Part shown: in pieces, positions 7,170 to 15,336 of the stretch
How the letters are laid out: every line of letters begins with the position of its first letter
Position numbering within the stretch: the first letter of the stretch is position 1
Assembly: GCF_000020025.1 (NCBI RefSeq)
Contig: NC_010628.1
Location: forward strand, 7,560,001-7,592,000
From: Nostoc punctiforme PCC 73102
GTDB taxonomy: Bacteria > Cyanobacteriota > Cyanobacteriia > Cyanobacteriales > Nostocaceae
Length of the DNA: 32,000 nucleotides
Reading direction: 5' to 3'
Notes under the pieces: generated by a model
Told to the model about the DNA's origin: nothing
Database searches by the model: none
The model's input: the letters and a program-made list of their open reading frames with translations, nothing else
Made by a program: the position numbers and the translations under genes

Positions 7170-8264
7170 ATGAACAATAATTCTCAAGGAAATCAAAGTA
7201 ATCCAAACAATCAACTTATAAGCATTTCTAACACTAATTCTAATACAGGTGGATATGTAACTTTACCTATAGCTTCAGACCAATTTCAAGAATTTATTGT
7301 AGCTCTTTTAGGAAGACCACAAACTATTGAGAAAATAATTGCTGGAAGTTTTGAGTTAAATTGGAACGATATACAAAATTTTAATGATTTAATAGACCAA
7401 AGGTTAACTCAAAAAAATCAAGCTGTTCTTATTAGTTTTCAATCTAAAATTTATTTTAATGATGATTCATCTATACTATTAAACTCTTTTCAAGAATTGA
7501 TTACTTATCGGGAAATAAGACCAATTATTCCAACAGCTTTGGATATGAGTTGGGATTATTTAATTCATTTTAATAATAAACAACATCCAGAGAAACAAAC
7601 TATAGATATACACATACAGACGGCTTATCATGAATTAGTTGGTATAGGTAGAAATAAAAGGAATGAAATAATGTTAGAAAATTATAATATAAATAAAAAT
7701 TTTATTCAATTATCAATAAAGTATACAGCTAGAACATGGGGAATGGATATGCAATCTCTACTAGCTTCTCAAATAAATTCTCTAATAAAAATAGAAAATA
7801 GTCAAAAAAGATTTGTTAATAAACATAGTACATTAATCGGAGCCATTTCTGGTACAAGCTTTTTTCTAGGTTCTATTATAGGAACATATTTAGCTAGTAA
7901 TGCATTTATAAAAAATAGATTAAATAAAGTAAATTATGATTTAAACAGAATACAAACATTACCAGACAAAATAAATATAATTGCACAATACATAGTAAAT
8001 GGAGAAACACCAAGATATTACTTGTTAGCAGCTATTTATATATTGCTTTCCTTAATAGCATCTTTTATAATATTTGCAATAGTTTTTGATAAAGCAAATA
8101 ATGAAAAGAGAAGTTTTATTCTATTAACAGATAAAGCAATTCAAGATAAAGAATCTACTCTGAAAAAAATAGATAAAAAATGGAAAGAGTTTATATTGTC
8201 TATTGTGATTAGTTTTATAGTAAATGTTCTATCTAGCTATCTATTTGCTTACATAACACGTTGA
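7170..8264 (+). CDS. Orphan membrane protein: Asn/Gln-rich N-terminus, roughly 230-aa soluble domain, three C-terminal TM helices
   Basis: I prefer ATG 7170 (MNNNSQGNQSNPNNQ) to the GTG at 7104. The hydrophobic segments are LIGAISGTSFFLGSIIGTYLA, YYLLAAIYILLSLIASFIIFAIVF and FILSIVISFIVNVLSSYLFAYI. Codon usage is very AT-rich. Confidence 0.6.
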   Translation: MNNNSQGNQSNPNNQLISISNTNSNTGGYVTLPIASDQFQEFIVALLGRPQTIEKIIAGSFELNWNDIQNFNDLIDQRLTQKNQAVLISFQSKIYFNDDSSILLNSFQELITYREIRPIIPTALDMSWDYLIHFNNKQHPEKQTIDIHIQTAYHELVGIGRNKRNEIMLENYNINKNFIQLSIKYTARTWGMDMQSLLASQINSLIKIENSQKRFVNKHSTLIGAISGTSFFLGSIIGTYLASNAFIKNRLNKVNYDLNRIQTLPDKINIIAQYIVNGETPRYYLLAAIYILLSLIASFIIFAIVFDKANNEKRSFILLTDKAIQDKESTLKKIDKKWKEFILSIVISFIVNVLSSYLFAYITR

Positions 8265-8681
8265 TACTATTTTTTGTGTATGTCTAGACAGTAGAACTTA
8301 AATAAAGTGTAGTTACAATTTGAAAATATTAGTTGTTAAAATACTGTTCTCATAAGCAGAATTCTGATAAGTAGGTACAAAAAATCCCTACCGTCCAGTG
8401 GCAGTGAATGAAGCTCTATAAGGTGGTCGCCTACCATCTTTTAAATACGGAATTATCCCGTATTATAAAGTCATCGCAAAAACCGAGGACTTGACCACCT
8501 TTTAAATAGGCTTTAAAAGCCTTTTATGAGATTGTTGTATTTTTCTACAACCTGACCATTGTTAAAATTGGCTAGGGTTTTATATTTTAGTAACGTATAA
8601 TTAAACATTTTTAGGTTCAGCATTTTCACTTAATGAAAATAACGTAAAAATAGGTTAACTTTGAAAAGTTAATTTACTGAA

Positions 8682-9047
8682 ATGTTTAAAATGTCAGAGA
8701 ATATTCAACTTTTCTTCACATCTATTACGATAATTTTACAAGATATCAAGGAATTAAGCGTTAAATATAAAAACGAGCCTAGATTAGGGTTAACAGAAAT
8801 TATTAAGATAGCTCAAAGTCAAGGTTATGACTTAAATATAGAAGAATTAAAAAAAGTCATAACTACTTTTATGGATTTTAAAAAAGAAGAATTAAAAAAT
8901 AAAGAATACAAAACTAAAACAATAACCTTAGAAGGATGTAGTAATAAAGCTGTAACAGGTAATGAGACTTATGACCAAATAACTTATTATTGCCTACAGT
9001 ATTTGGATAACGATTTTTTAGAATCAGTATATCAACAAAAATCATAA
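8682..9047 (+). CDS. Hypothetical protein with a weak Nif11-like segment
   Basis: LTEIIKIAQSQGYDLNIEELKK resembles FIKIAKERGYDFTTDELEN in the peptide at 732-965. A hairpin plus T-run follows the gene. Confidence 0.45.
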   Translation: MFKMSENIQLFFTSITIILQDIKELSVKYKNEPRLGLTEIIKIAQSQGYDLNIEELKKVITTFMDFKKEELKNKEYKTKTITLEGCSNKAVTGNETYDQITYYCLQYLDNDFLESVYQQKS

Positions 9048-9076
9048 CTCTATAAATCTGATTTATTCAGATTTAG

Positions 9077-9104
9077 ACCCTAGTCGTTATTGGCTAGGGT
9101 TTTG
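9077..9104 (+). terminator. Terminator-like hairpin after ORF 8682-9047
   Basis: ACCCTAG (9077-9083) pairs with CTAGGGT (9094-9100) across a 10-nt loop, followed by TTTG. Confidence 0.5.
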
Positions 9105-9132
9105 AATTGTTCAAGGATACGTAGAGAGTGAA

Positions 9133-9304
9133 CTGTGTCAGGTGCGCTCTATAGTGGGGAGTATTTTATTCTATAGAGGACACCTGACACAGAGGCTAGG
9201 ATTCTTACTCAGAATAGGTTACAGCGATTTAGCTCACTTAGCGGATTTTGGGCAAACAGACACCTGACACAGCAAATTTTAAGTATTTTAGATACCTGAC
9301 ACAG
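9133..9304. repeat. Four copies of ACCTGACACAG (one inverted), two of them forming a 60-nt palindrome
   Basis: Copies: CTGTGTCAGGTG 9133-9144 (inverted), CACCTGACACAG 9181-9192, CACCTGACACAG 9261-9272 and TACCTGACACAG 9293-9304. The arms CTGTGTCAGGTGCGCTCTATAG and CTATAGAGGACACCTGACACAG are near-perfect reverse complements. Confidence 0.8.
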
Positions 9305-9353
9305 TACTATTTTAGACAGATGTTTGGGCTATCGACTTCCACAGTGACCAACA

Positions 9354-9581
9354 TTGCCAGAGATAAATGTTGCTGACGCGGATGTTACCGAGCATGATTC
9401 TAGCTTGATAGATAGTAGTGTAGAACTTCTAAGAGAGTTTCTAGCCGACGGTACTTTAACCTGGGATATGGTCATAGAGTACTTTGATGAGGTAGGTAAA
9501 GAAGCTGAGAAACTGATATGGGAGTTGCTGACGTTAGGTGAACAATTACAAATCAGAATGTTAAAGTCATTAGCCGCTTAA
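9354..9581 (+). CDS. Possible small acidic protein (75 aa, TTG start)
   Basis: ORF only. It has a non-ATG start and no motif, and it sits directly downstream of the ACCTGACACAG repeats. Confidence 0.3.
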   Translation: MPEINVADADVTEHDSSLIDSSVELLREFLADGTLTWDMVIEYFDEVGKEAEKLIWELLTLGEQLQIRMLKSLAA

Positions 9582-9777
9582 ATCAGTGATAGGCAGTATC
9601 TATTCTGGGGATTATATATTAGTTTGATACTTTCTTTAGAATTTCTAATGCAGCATCTCTTATTTGCTGTGCTATCCCCTATATAAAGCACCGCAGGGGT
9701 ATTTTTTAATGCTCATTGTATAGATGTGTTTTAAAATGCGATACCATTACTAAGTAGTTTTAATAGTTAACTAGACT

Positions 9778-10677
9778 ATGACTAACCCTAGTGGAAAAAA
9801 GTGGACTTTAATTTCAGTTCTGACAATTGTACTGACTACTTTAAGTATATATTCTATTGTAGTACTTAATCCAGCCTTCTTCTGTTCTATTTATCATTTA
9901 CTTGGTATACCATCTAGTTTTTGTTCAGATAATAAAAATATATCCACAGTAAAATTATTTATATTAAATGAAAGAGGTGAGCATTTGTCAGATGTAGAGG
10001 TTGAATTTATAGGTATTGATTCACATACTTATTACACTGACAAAAGTGGTTTGGTAGAGGCTCAAATTAAAAATCAAGGAAATATTTTAATTCGTATGAC
10101 TGCGAAAGGTTATCCTGTAGAAACATCTTATCTAGATTTAGATACACCTCAGAGTATTATTCAAAATATTCGACTTGACCAAAGTGGAAAGTCAACTATT
10201 ATTTCTCAGTCTCCTAATCCTTCGGTTACACCAACAGTTACACCAACAGTTACACCAACAGTTACACCAACAGTTACACCAACAGTTACACCAACGATTA
10301 GCAATCTACCTTTAACTGTTGTGCAGGATAATGTAACTTGGGTGTTAACTTCCTGTACTTTAAAAAAGAATATTATTTGCAATTTTGTACTTAGTACAAG
10401 TCTTCCAGAGATAAATTTTGTAGTGGCATTGAACAATGAAACCGAAATAATAGATGATTCAAATATTGAGCATTTTGGAGTCCAAGCTACCATACCAACT
10501 AAAAGTGGTAGTGCAAGTAGTCCTCTTCAGTTTAAAATGGTGAAAGGTGGAACGACTAAACTTAGTGTTGAATATCAAAAATTATCCTCTTCTATTACGC
10601 AAGCAAATCGATTGAAAGTTTCGACTAGTGGATATGGATATACAGTGGTTTTTGAAAATGTTCTTATTACTCAATAG
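9778..10677 (+). CDS. Membrane-anchored or secreted protein: N-terminal TM, beta-sandwich (CarboxypepD_reg-like) segment, (TPTV)n linker, C-terminal beta-rich domain
   Basis: The N-terminal hydrophobic segment is WTLISVLTIVLTTLSIYSIVVL. VEVEFIGIDSHTYYTDKSGLVEAQIKNQGNILIRMTAKGY fits the carboxypeptidase-regulatory-like pattern. PSVTPTVTPTVTPTVTPTVTPTVTPTIS is the linker. Confidence 0.6.
   Translation: MTNPSGKKWTLISVLTIVLTTLSIYSIVVLNPAFFCSIYHLLGIPSSFCSDNKNISTVKLFILNERGEHLSDVEVEFIGIDSHTYYTDKSGLVEAQIKNQGNILIRMTAKGYPVETSYLDLDTPQSIIQNIRLDQSGKSTIISQSPNPSVTPTVTPTVTPTVTPTVTPTVTPTISNLPLTVVQDNVTWVLTSCTLKKNIICNFVLSTSLPEINFVVALNNETEIIDDSNIEHFGVQATIPTKSGSASSPLQFKMVKGGTTKLSVEYQKLSSSITQANRLKVSTSGYGYTVVFENVLITQ
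10225..10296 (+). repeat. Six tandem 12-nt repeats GTTACACCAACA (coding VTPT)
   Basis: Five perfect units plus one variant (GTTACACCAACG), in frame inside CDS 9778-10677. Confidence 0.95.
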
Positions 10678-10844
10678 TTTAGTTATTGCTTAGGATATTT
10701 AGAGTTAGTAACAGATGCCAAAGGTTGTGTTCTCCTATAGGGGAGAGAACACGAATTTTTTCAAAATAAATCTAATCACTAAGCAAATATTTCCACCAAG
10801 CAAACCATTTTGAAATAAGTTGCCAGAAACCATGTACTCATAAT

Positions 10845-10884
10845 TAAATAGCACAAACCTCGTCTATTTGATTTAAACGAGGTT
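10845..10884 (-). terminator. Terminator hairpin downstream of the zinc-ribbon gene (module copy 1)
   Basis: AACCTCGT (10856-10863) pairs with ACGAGGTT (10877-10884) across a 13-nt loop. It lies 50 nt after the minus-strand stop at 10935. Confidence 0.5.
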
Positions 10885-10934
10885 AGTACAGAAGTATTAA
10901 TCAAAGTATTAATCAAAGTATGAATAGCTGTGGT

Positions 10935-11141
10935 TTAACGATTTAACCTTTGTACAACTCCGTCAATTGTGTCTGTTTTTAATGCTACTGGGTCAATTTG
11001 AATGCTCAGTATTGTGTTGCAACTTGGGCAGTTATAAGAAATACAATTCCATGCATCTTTGCCATTTACCTTTCCTGCAATATTTTCAATATTTATTGAA
11101 GTAATCATGGAATCACATTTTGAACATTTTCCAGCAACCAT
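10935..11141 (-). CDS. Small zinc-ribbon protein (68 aa)
   Basis: Two CxxC pairs: CSKCDS near the N-terminus and CPSCNT 30 residues later. Confidence 0.5.
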   Translation of the reverse strand: MVAGKCSKCDSMITSINIENIAGKVNGKDAWNCISYNCPSCNTILSIQIDPVALKTDTIDGVVQRLNR

Positions 11142-11315
11142 CTTTTATTTCCAAACTATAGTTCTAAGATGGTATAGATGTACTAATAAAAAGTTAACCG
11201 TATAAACACTTTAAATTATTTTAATAAATTATGGAAATATAGGTTTACTAAGTAGTACTACTTATAAGAACTTGGATTCTAGTTAACAAAATTCTAACAA
11301 CTAACTTGGAAAGGT

Positions 11316-11354
11316 AGCAAAATAAAACCCCGTCTATTTAATTTAAACGAGGCT
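11316..11354 (-). terminator. Terminator hairpin (module copy 2) downstream of ORF 11389-11706
   Basis: AACCCCGT (11326-11333) pairs with ACGAGGCT (11347-11354). The two mismatches become G-U pairs only in the minus-strand RNA. That RNA is followed by UUUAUUUU (plus-strand aaaataaa at 11318-11325). Confidence 0.6.
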
Positions 11355-11388
11355 AGTATAAATTGCAACTTTAGTTGAATAGCTAATT

Positions 11389-11706
11389 TTAGTTTTCGTG
11401 ATAATGTCCTAAATCAAAAGCAGCAATGATGTGACTACTGTTTATTGTTGCAGTCGGGTAAGTTGAAGGTGCGATTAAAAAAGGCATATTTGAGATGCTT
11501 AGAGGTGGGGTGCCAACTAATAAATTTACTTCTCTCCAGTAGGAACCGTCAGGCATTAAAGTAACTTCATTTATTCTACTAATCCCAATAACAGTACCAC
11601 TTGTAGTAAGTAGACCATAGTAAAATTCGTCTTGTCTAAGTCTTAGTTTAATCCAAGGTGGTAAATTTTCTTCAGTAGGAGTAAGTTTTTGAGTTTCTTC
11701 AGACAT
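11389..11706 (-). CDS. Hypothetical protein (105 aa from MSEETQK)
   Basis: ATG 11706 is preceded on the minus strand by GCTAAGGAGAATCACC, which contains an AGGAG Shine-Dalgarno. No motif recognised. Confidence 0.5.
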   Translation of the reverse strand: MSEETQKLTPTEENLPPWIKLRLRQDEFYYGLLTTSGTVIGISRINEVTLMPDGSYWREVNLLVGTPPLSISNMPFLIAPSTYPTATINSSHIIAAFDLGHYHEN

Positions 11707-12603
11707 GGTGATTCTCCTTAGCAATATCAATCTAGTATTCCCGTCTCTAAATTAAAAACTCTAATTTATTTTTGTTTGATTGAGTAAGTTATGAAAACTG
11801 GGCTTTACCAAAGCTATAGAGAAAAAGCATTCTGCAATCTATCAAACATAGCGCTTTTAAACAGAATTACTTATTAAAACTTGGCAAAATAGAAGCTTGC
11901 CAATAGTAGCAAGGTTAAAGGTCTGGACAGTGTGACCGTGATTATTCCTTGGTTTTTAACTTCCATACCATTTACGCTTACAGCACTACTCCATCTAAAA
12001 ATGGTTATTATAGGTTCTAACTTATGGAAATGACTATGAACCTGAAACAAAAAATAAAGGCTGTGTAGCTCAATCTGAGAGGAGTTATTTACCACAGGAT
12101 AGCTGCTACAAGGCTATAGCAGATTTGCCTTACATCTTAATGTTTCCCAGTCGGAGTAGTTAAATAACGTATGGAAAGTAGAAATTAGATATTTTCTAAC
12201 ACTATTTTTATTAATTAAGAGTCCCGTTTCCTTTAGATTCCCTAGCAAGCATAAAAAGTTGGATGAAAATATACTGAAGTATGTAAGGTATGCAACTTTT
12301 TGCATACCAAAGTGCATACATATAAATATAGGTGATAGTACTCTACCGCAGAGACAGTACCATTATGAAATCAACTTGATACACAAAATATTAAAAAAGT
12401 CAAGTTTGATATAAATTATATTAAAAACTTTCTAACAAGTTCTTAGGAATTATCGGAGACAGGTTTTATAAATGAGTTATAACCAAAAATTATATTAATA
12501 AGTCTGACATATAATTTTTCTGTATTCCAGCTATCCTTTGCAATTCTGTCTCATAGGGTAGATTAGTTTTATCCCGTGAGAGAAAACTAGGATAGCTGGG
12601 ATA

Positions 12604-12676
<73 letters not shown>

Positions 12677-12739
12677 ACACGAATAACCATCATAGCACAA
12701 CTTCTGAGAATTTAGCTAGTGACACGCCCAAAAAACGGA

Positions 12740-14992
12740 TTAAAGGGGGAATTTGATGATGAAAGTGGTTTGACCGACTCCACTCTCTACATAAATTGAG
12801 CCGCCTAAATGTCTGACCATTTTCTGCACTAATGCTAATTCCAGTCCAGTGCCGCTGTGTTTCCAAGGATCGTGTTTGGAAAGGTGATAAAAAGGCTCAA
12901 AAATCCGTGACAGTTCATTGCTGGTAAGCTCTAGTCCAGAATTGCTAATATTAAGCTCTACTGCATCCCCTCTTAAGTGGGTAGAGACTGTGACTGATTC
13001 ACCTGCTGGGGTATATTTGCAGACATGGTTGAGTAGTTCGGTGATAATCCTCTCCATATCCGTGATATCTGTCTCTAAAGGCGGGAGTGCGCGATCGATA
13101 CTCAGTTTTAACTGCTGTCGCTGACAGTTGGTGAGGTCTCGAAAAGACTCGACAATGGGCTGAAGCCAGCTTTGTAAGTCAATGGCAATCAAAGTTGGGG
13201 GTTCGGGTTCTGCTTCAAGATATGTGAGTTTGAGTAGATCGTTAATTAACTTGCTTTCTCGCGCACACTCGTTATGCAGAATCTGCAAGAGTTGTGGAAC
13301 TATTTCTATCTCTAATATTTCTGCTGGTGTTAAGACACTTTCGAGGGTTTGGACTGCAAGGCTGATGCTAGTTATTGGGGTTCGCAGTTCTTGAGAGAGA
13401 TTTCGGAGAAATTGGTTTTTGAGCCGATCGCAATTTTCTAATTCTTTAACTTGTGTCTGGGTTTGTTGGTAAAGTTGGGCTTGCCGAATTGCGATCGCAC
13501 ATTCATTGGCAACCTGCTGCACTAACTCAATTTCAAATTCATCAAATGCCTCTTGTGATGGTCTTGTCAACCAAAGATTTCCCAAAATCCCTTGAGTATC
13601 GAAAATTGGACAAGCCATCTGGGACATAACCAATAGGTTTGGTTGCCATCCAGGGGCAATTTCTAAAAATTGCAGAGGTTGTTTTTGCAACAAGGGTTGA
13701 TAAACTTCCAGACGGTCTGCAATCTGTCTAGTCAGTTCTTGACACTGTGGTAGGTTGTTGATGCTGCTGTACTCGTAGGCAATAGTTACCAGGGTTTGAC
13801 AGGGGCTATAGAGTTCAATTTGGCAACGTTCAAGGGTCAGTAACTCTGTTAATTCCTGAGTGACAGTCTGCAACACCTGAGTTTCATCCAGACGATCGCG
13901 GATTTGTTCTGTCATCCGTCGCACCAAGGCTTCAAAGTTTCGTACCTGCTGCAACTGATTTTTGTGCTTCTGTTTTTGCAACTCTATTTCGGCTTTGAGA
14001 TCCTTAAGCTGCTGACGAAGTTCTGCTTGTTGCACAGCAATGCCGATTTGAGTTGCCAGTTGTTTGAGTAAGCTAGTTTCTGCTTGCTGCCATTGACGCG
14101 ATTCCTGGCAATGATGGGCAATCAATAGCCCCCACATATCTTGCTCTTGGAAAATCGGCACGACTACATTGGCTTTAATCTGCAAAGATGCCAGGAAATC
14201 TATATGGTAGGGATGCAAACCTGCTGCATAAATATCCTCAACAACTTGAATGCAACCTTGCCCGTAGTGTTCTGGATGTTTGCCACTAAAGCAGGGATCG
14301 ATGATGTTTTTTCCCAATAGTGAATCGCTTGCAGCGACGCTTGCGGCAACAATTACCCCACTGCCATCAGGCTGGAAGCGATAAATTAGAATGCGATCGC
14401 AATTCAAAAATTGTCGCAGTTCAATTGTTGTCTGATGCAGAATTGTCTCTAATTCTATAGATTGGTGAATCCGTCCGGCGATCGCTTCTAACAACTGCTC
14501 CCGTTCAAACTGGAGTCCGACTGCTTCTTGGGCTTGCTTCACAGGGGTGATATTGCTACTAGTACCAATCAGTCGATAAATCCGGGAGTTAGCATCTCTT
14601 AGTGGCGTGAGAGTCGTACTCCACCAAGTAGTAACCCCCTGGAATTGCAAACATTGTTCGTAAGAAATAGTTTTACCAAATAGCACACAGTCAGCATAGT
14701 GCTGACGCACCCTCGCAGCATCGATGGGGGAGAGAATATCCTCTGGTTTTTTGCCTCGGAGATCGTCTGAGCGAATGCCTATCCACCGCTCATGAGTGGG
14801 ATTAAGTGCCACATACTGAAAATCTCCATCCTCTAGAACATCTACTACAAAGATTGATGCCTGCACAGAATCGTACATGCTCAGTAGAAATTGCTCGCTA
14901 CTATTTTTCTCATCTACTTCTGTGCCAAAGATAATTTGAGGGGGCGATAATTTTGTCAACTCCATAGTTGATTCTGCTGGATTTTTATTCAT
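12740..14992 (-). CDS. PAS-GAF-GAF sensor protein with a histidine-kinase-like C-terminus whose catalytic motifs are degenerate
   Basis: 750 aa. It has GAF-like blocks and a coiled coil (QQLKDLKAEIELQKQKHKNQLQQ). The H-box reads LSQELRTPIT, with Gln where His is expected. The N-box reads LLNHVCKYT. G1 reads ISNSGLEL and G2 reads GTGLELALV. Confidence 0.85.
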   Translation of the reverse strand: MNKNPAESTMELTKLSPPQIIFGTEVDEKNSSEQFLLSMYDSVQASIFVVDVLEDGDFQYVALNPTHERWIGIRSDDLRGKKPEDILSPIDAARVRQHYADCVLFGKTISYEQCLQFQGVTTWWSTTLTPLRDANSRIYRLIGTSSNITPVKQAQEAVGLQFEREQLLEAIAGRIHQSIELETILHQTTIELRQFLNCDRILIYRFQPDGSGVIVAASVAASDSLLGKNIIDPCFSGKHPEHYGQGCIQVVEDIYAAGLHPYHIDFLASLQIKANVVVPIFQEQDMWGLLIAHHCQESRQWQQAETSLLKQLATQIGIAVQQAELRQQLKDLKAEIELQKQKHKNQLQQVRNFEALVRRMTEQIRDRLDETQVLQTVTQELTELLTLERCQIELYSPCQTLVTIAYEYSSINNLPQCQELTRQIADRLEVYQPLLQKQPLQFLEIAPGWQPNLLVMSQMACPIFDTQGILGNLWLTRPSQEAFDEFEIELVQQVANECAIAIRQAQLYQQTQTQVKELENCDRLKNQFLRNLSQELRTPITSISLAVQTLESVLTPAEILEIEIVPQLLQILHNECARESKLINDLLKLTYLEAEPEPPTLIAIDLQSWLQPIVESFRDLTNCQRQQLKLSIDRALPPLETDITDMERIITELLNHVCKYTPAGESVTVSTHLRGDAVELNISNSGLELTSNELSRIFEPFYHLSKHDPWKHSGTGLELALVQKMVRHLGGSIYVESGVGQTTFIIKFPL

Positions 14993-15336
14993 GCGAGAGT
15001 CCCTTTCTGGTATTACTGACTCTTCTAGGCGCTCTCTTATCGTTATGCTTGTAGTAGATGCACTTTAGCGCCTATAGCAAAGTATTGTCAGCTGTTGCTC
15101 ATCGAAATTTAAATCTTTCTCTACTTCTGGTCAGAAATCTAGGAAAGCTAATAGAAGTCAGCTTAACAAATCCTGCTTTTTGAAGGCGAAAATACATTTG
15201 CAGTTTAGGGCAAATTTAATGATTTTTTGAACAGTTTTCCAAGATTTTTGCATATACTTAAGTACAATTATCATATTATATCAATTAATTTTACAATTCT
15301 TAATAAACTTATTGGGTGAGGCAGGGTAATAGGAAC

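Noticed and set aside
10225-10296. Regular short repeats as a possible CRISPR array (also 27017-27088 and 5369-5434)
   Set aside because: The units are contiguous with no spacers. Two of the arrays are in frame within coding sequence. There are no cas genes in the window. These are tandem repeats, not CRISPR.
11874-12317. Two minus-strand ORFs (73 and 67 aa) in the 860-bp AT-rich spacer next to the tRNA
   Set aside because: They have low-complexity hydrophobic composition with no start context. The region more plausibly holds att or regulatory sequence. Imperfect 25-nt direct repeats near 12374-12429 and a 10-bp inverted repeat (CCAGCTATCC / GGATAGCTGG around 12529-12599) are noted, but I do not interpret them.
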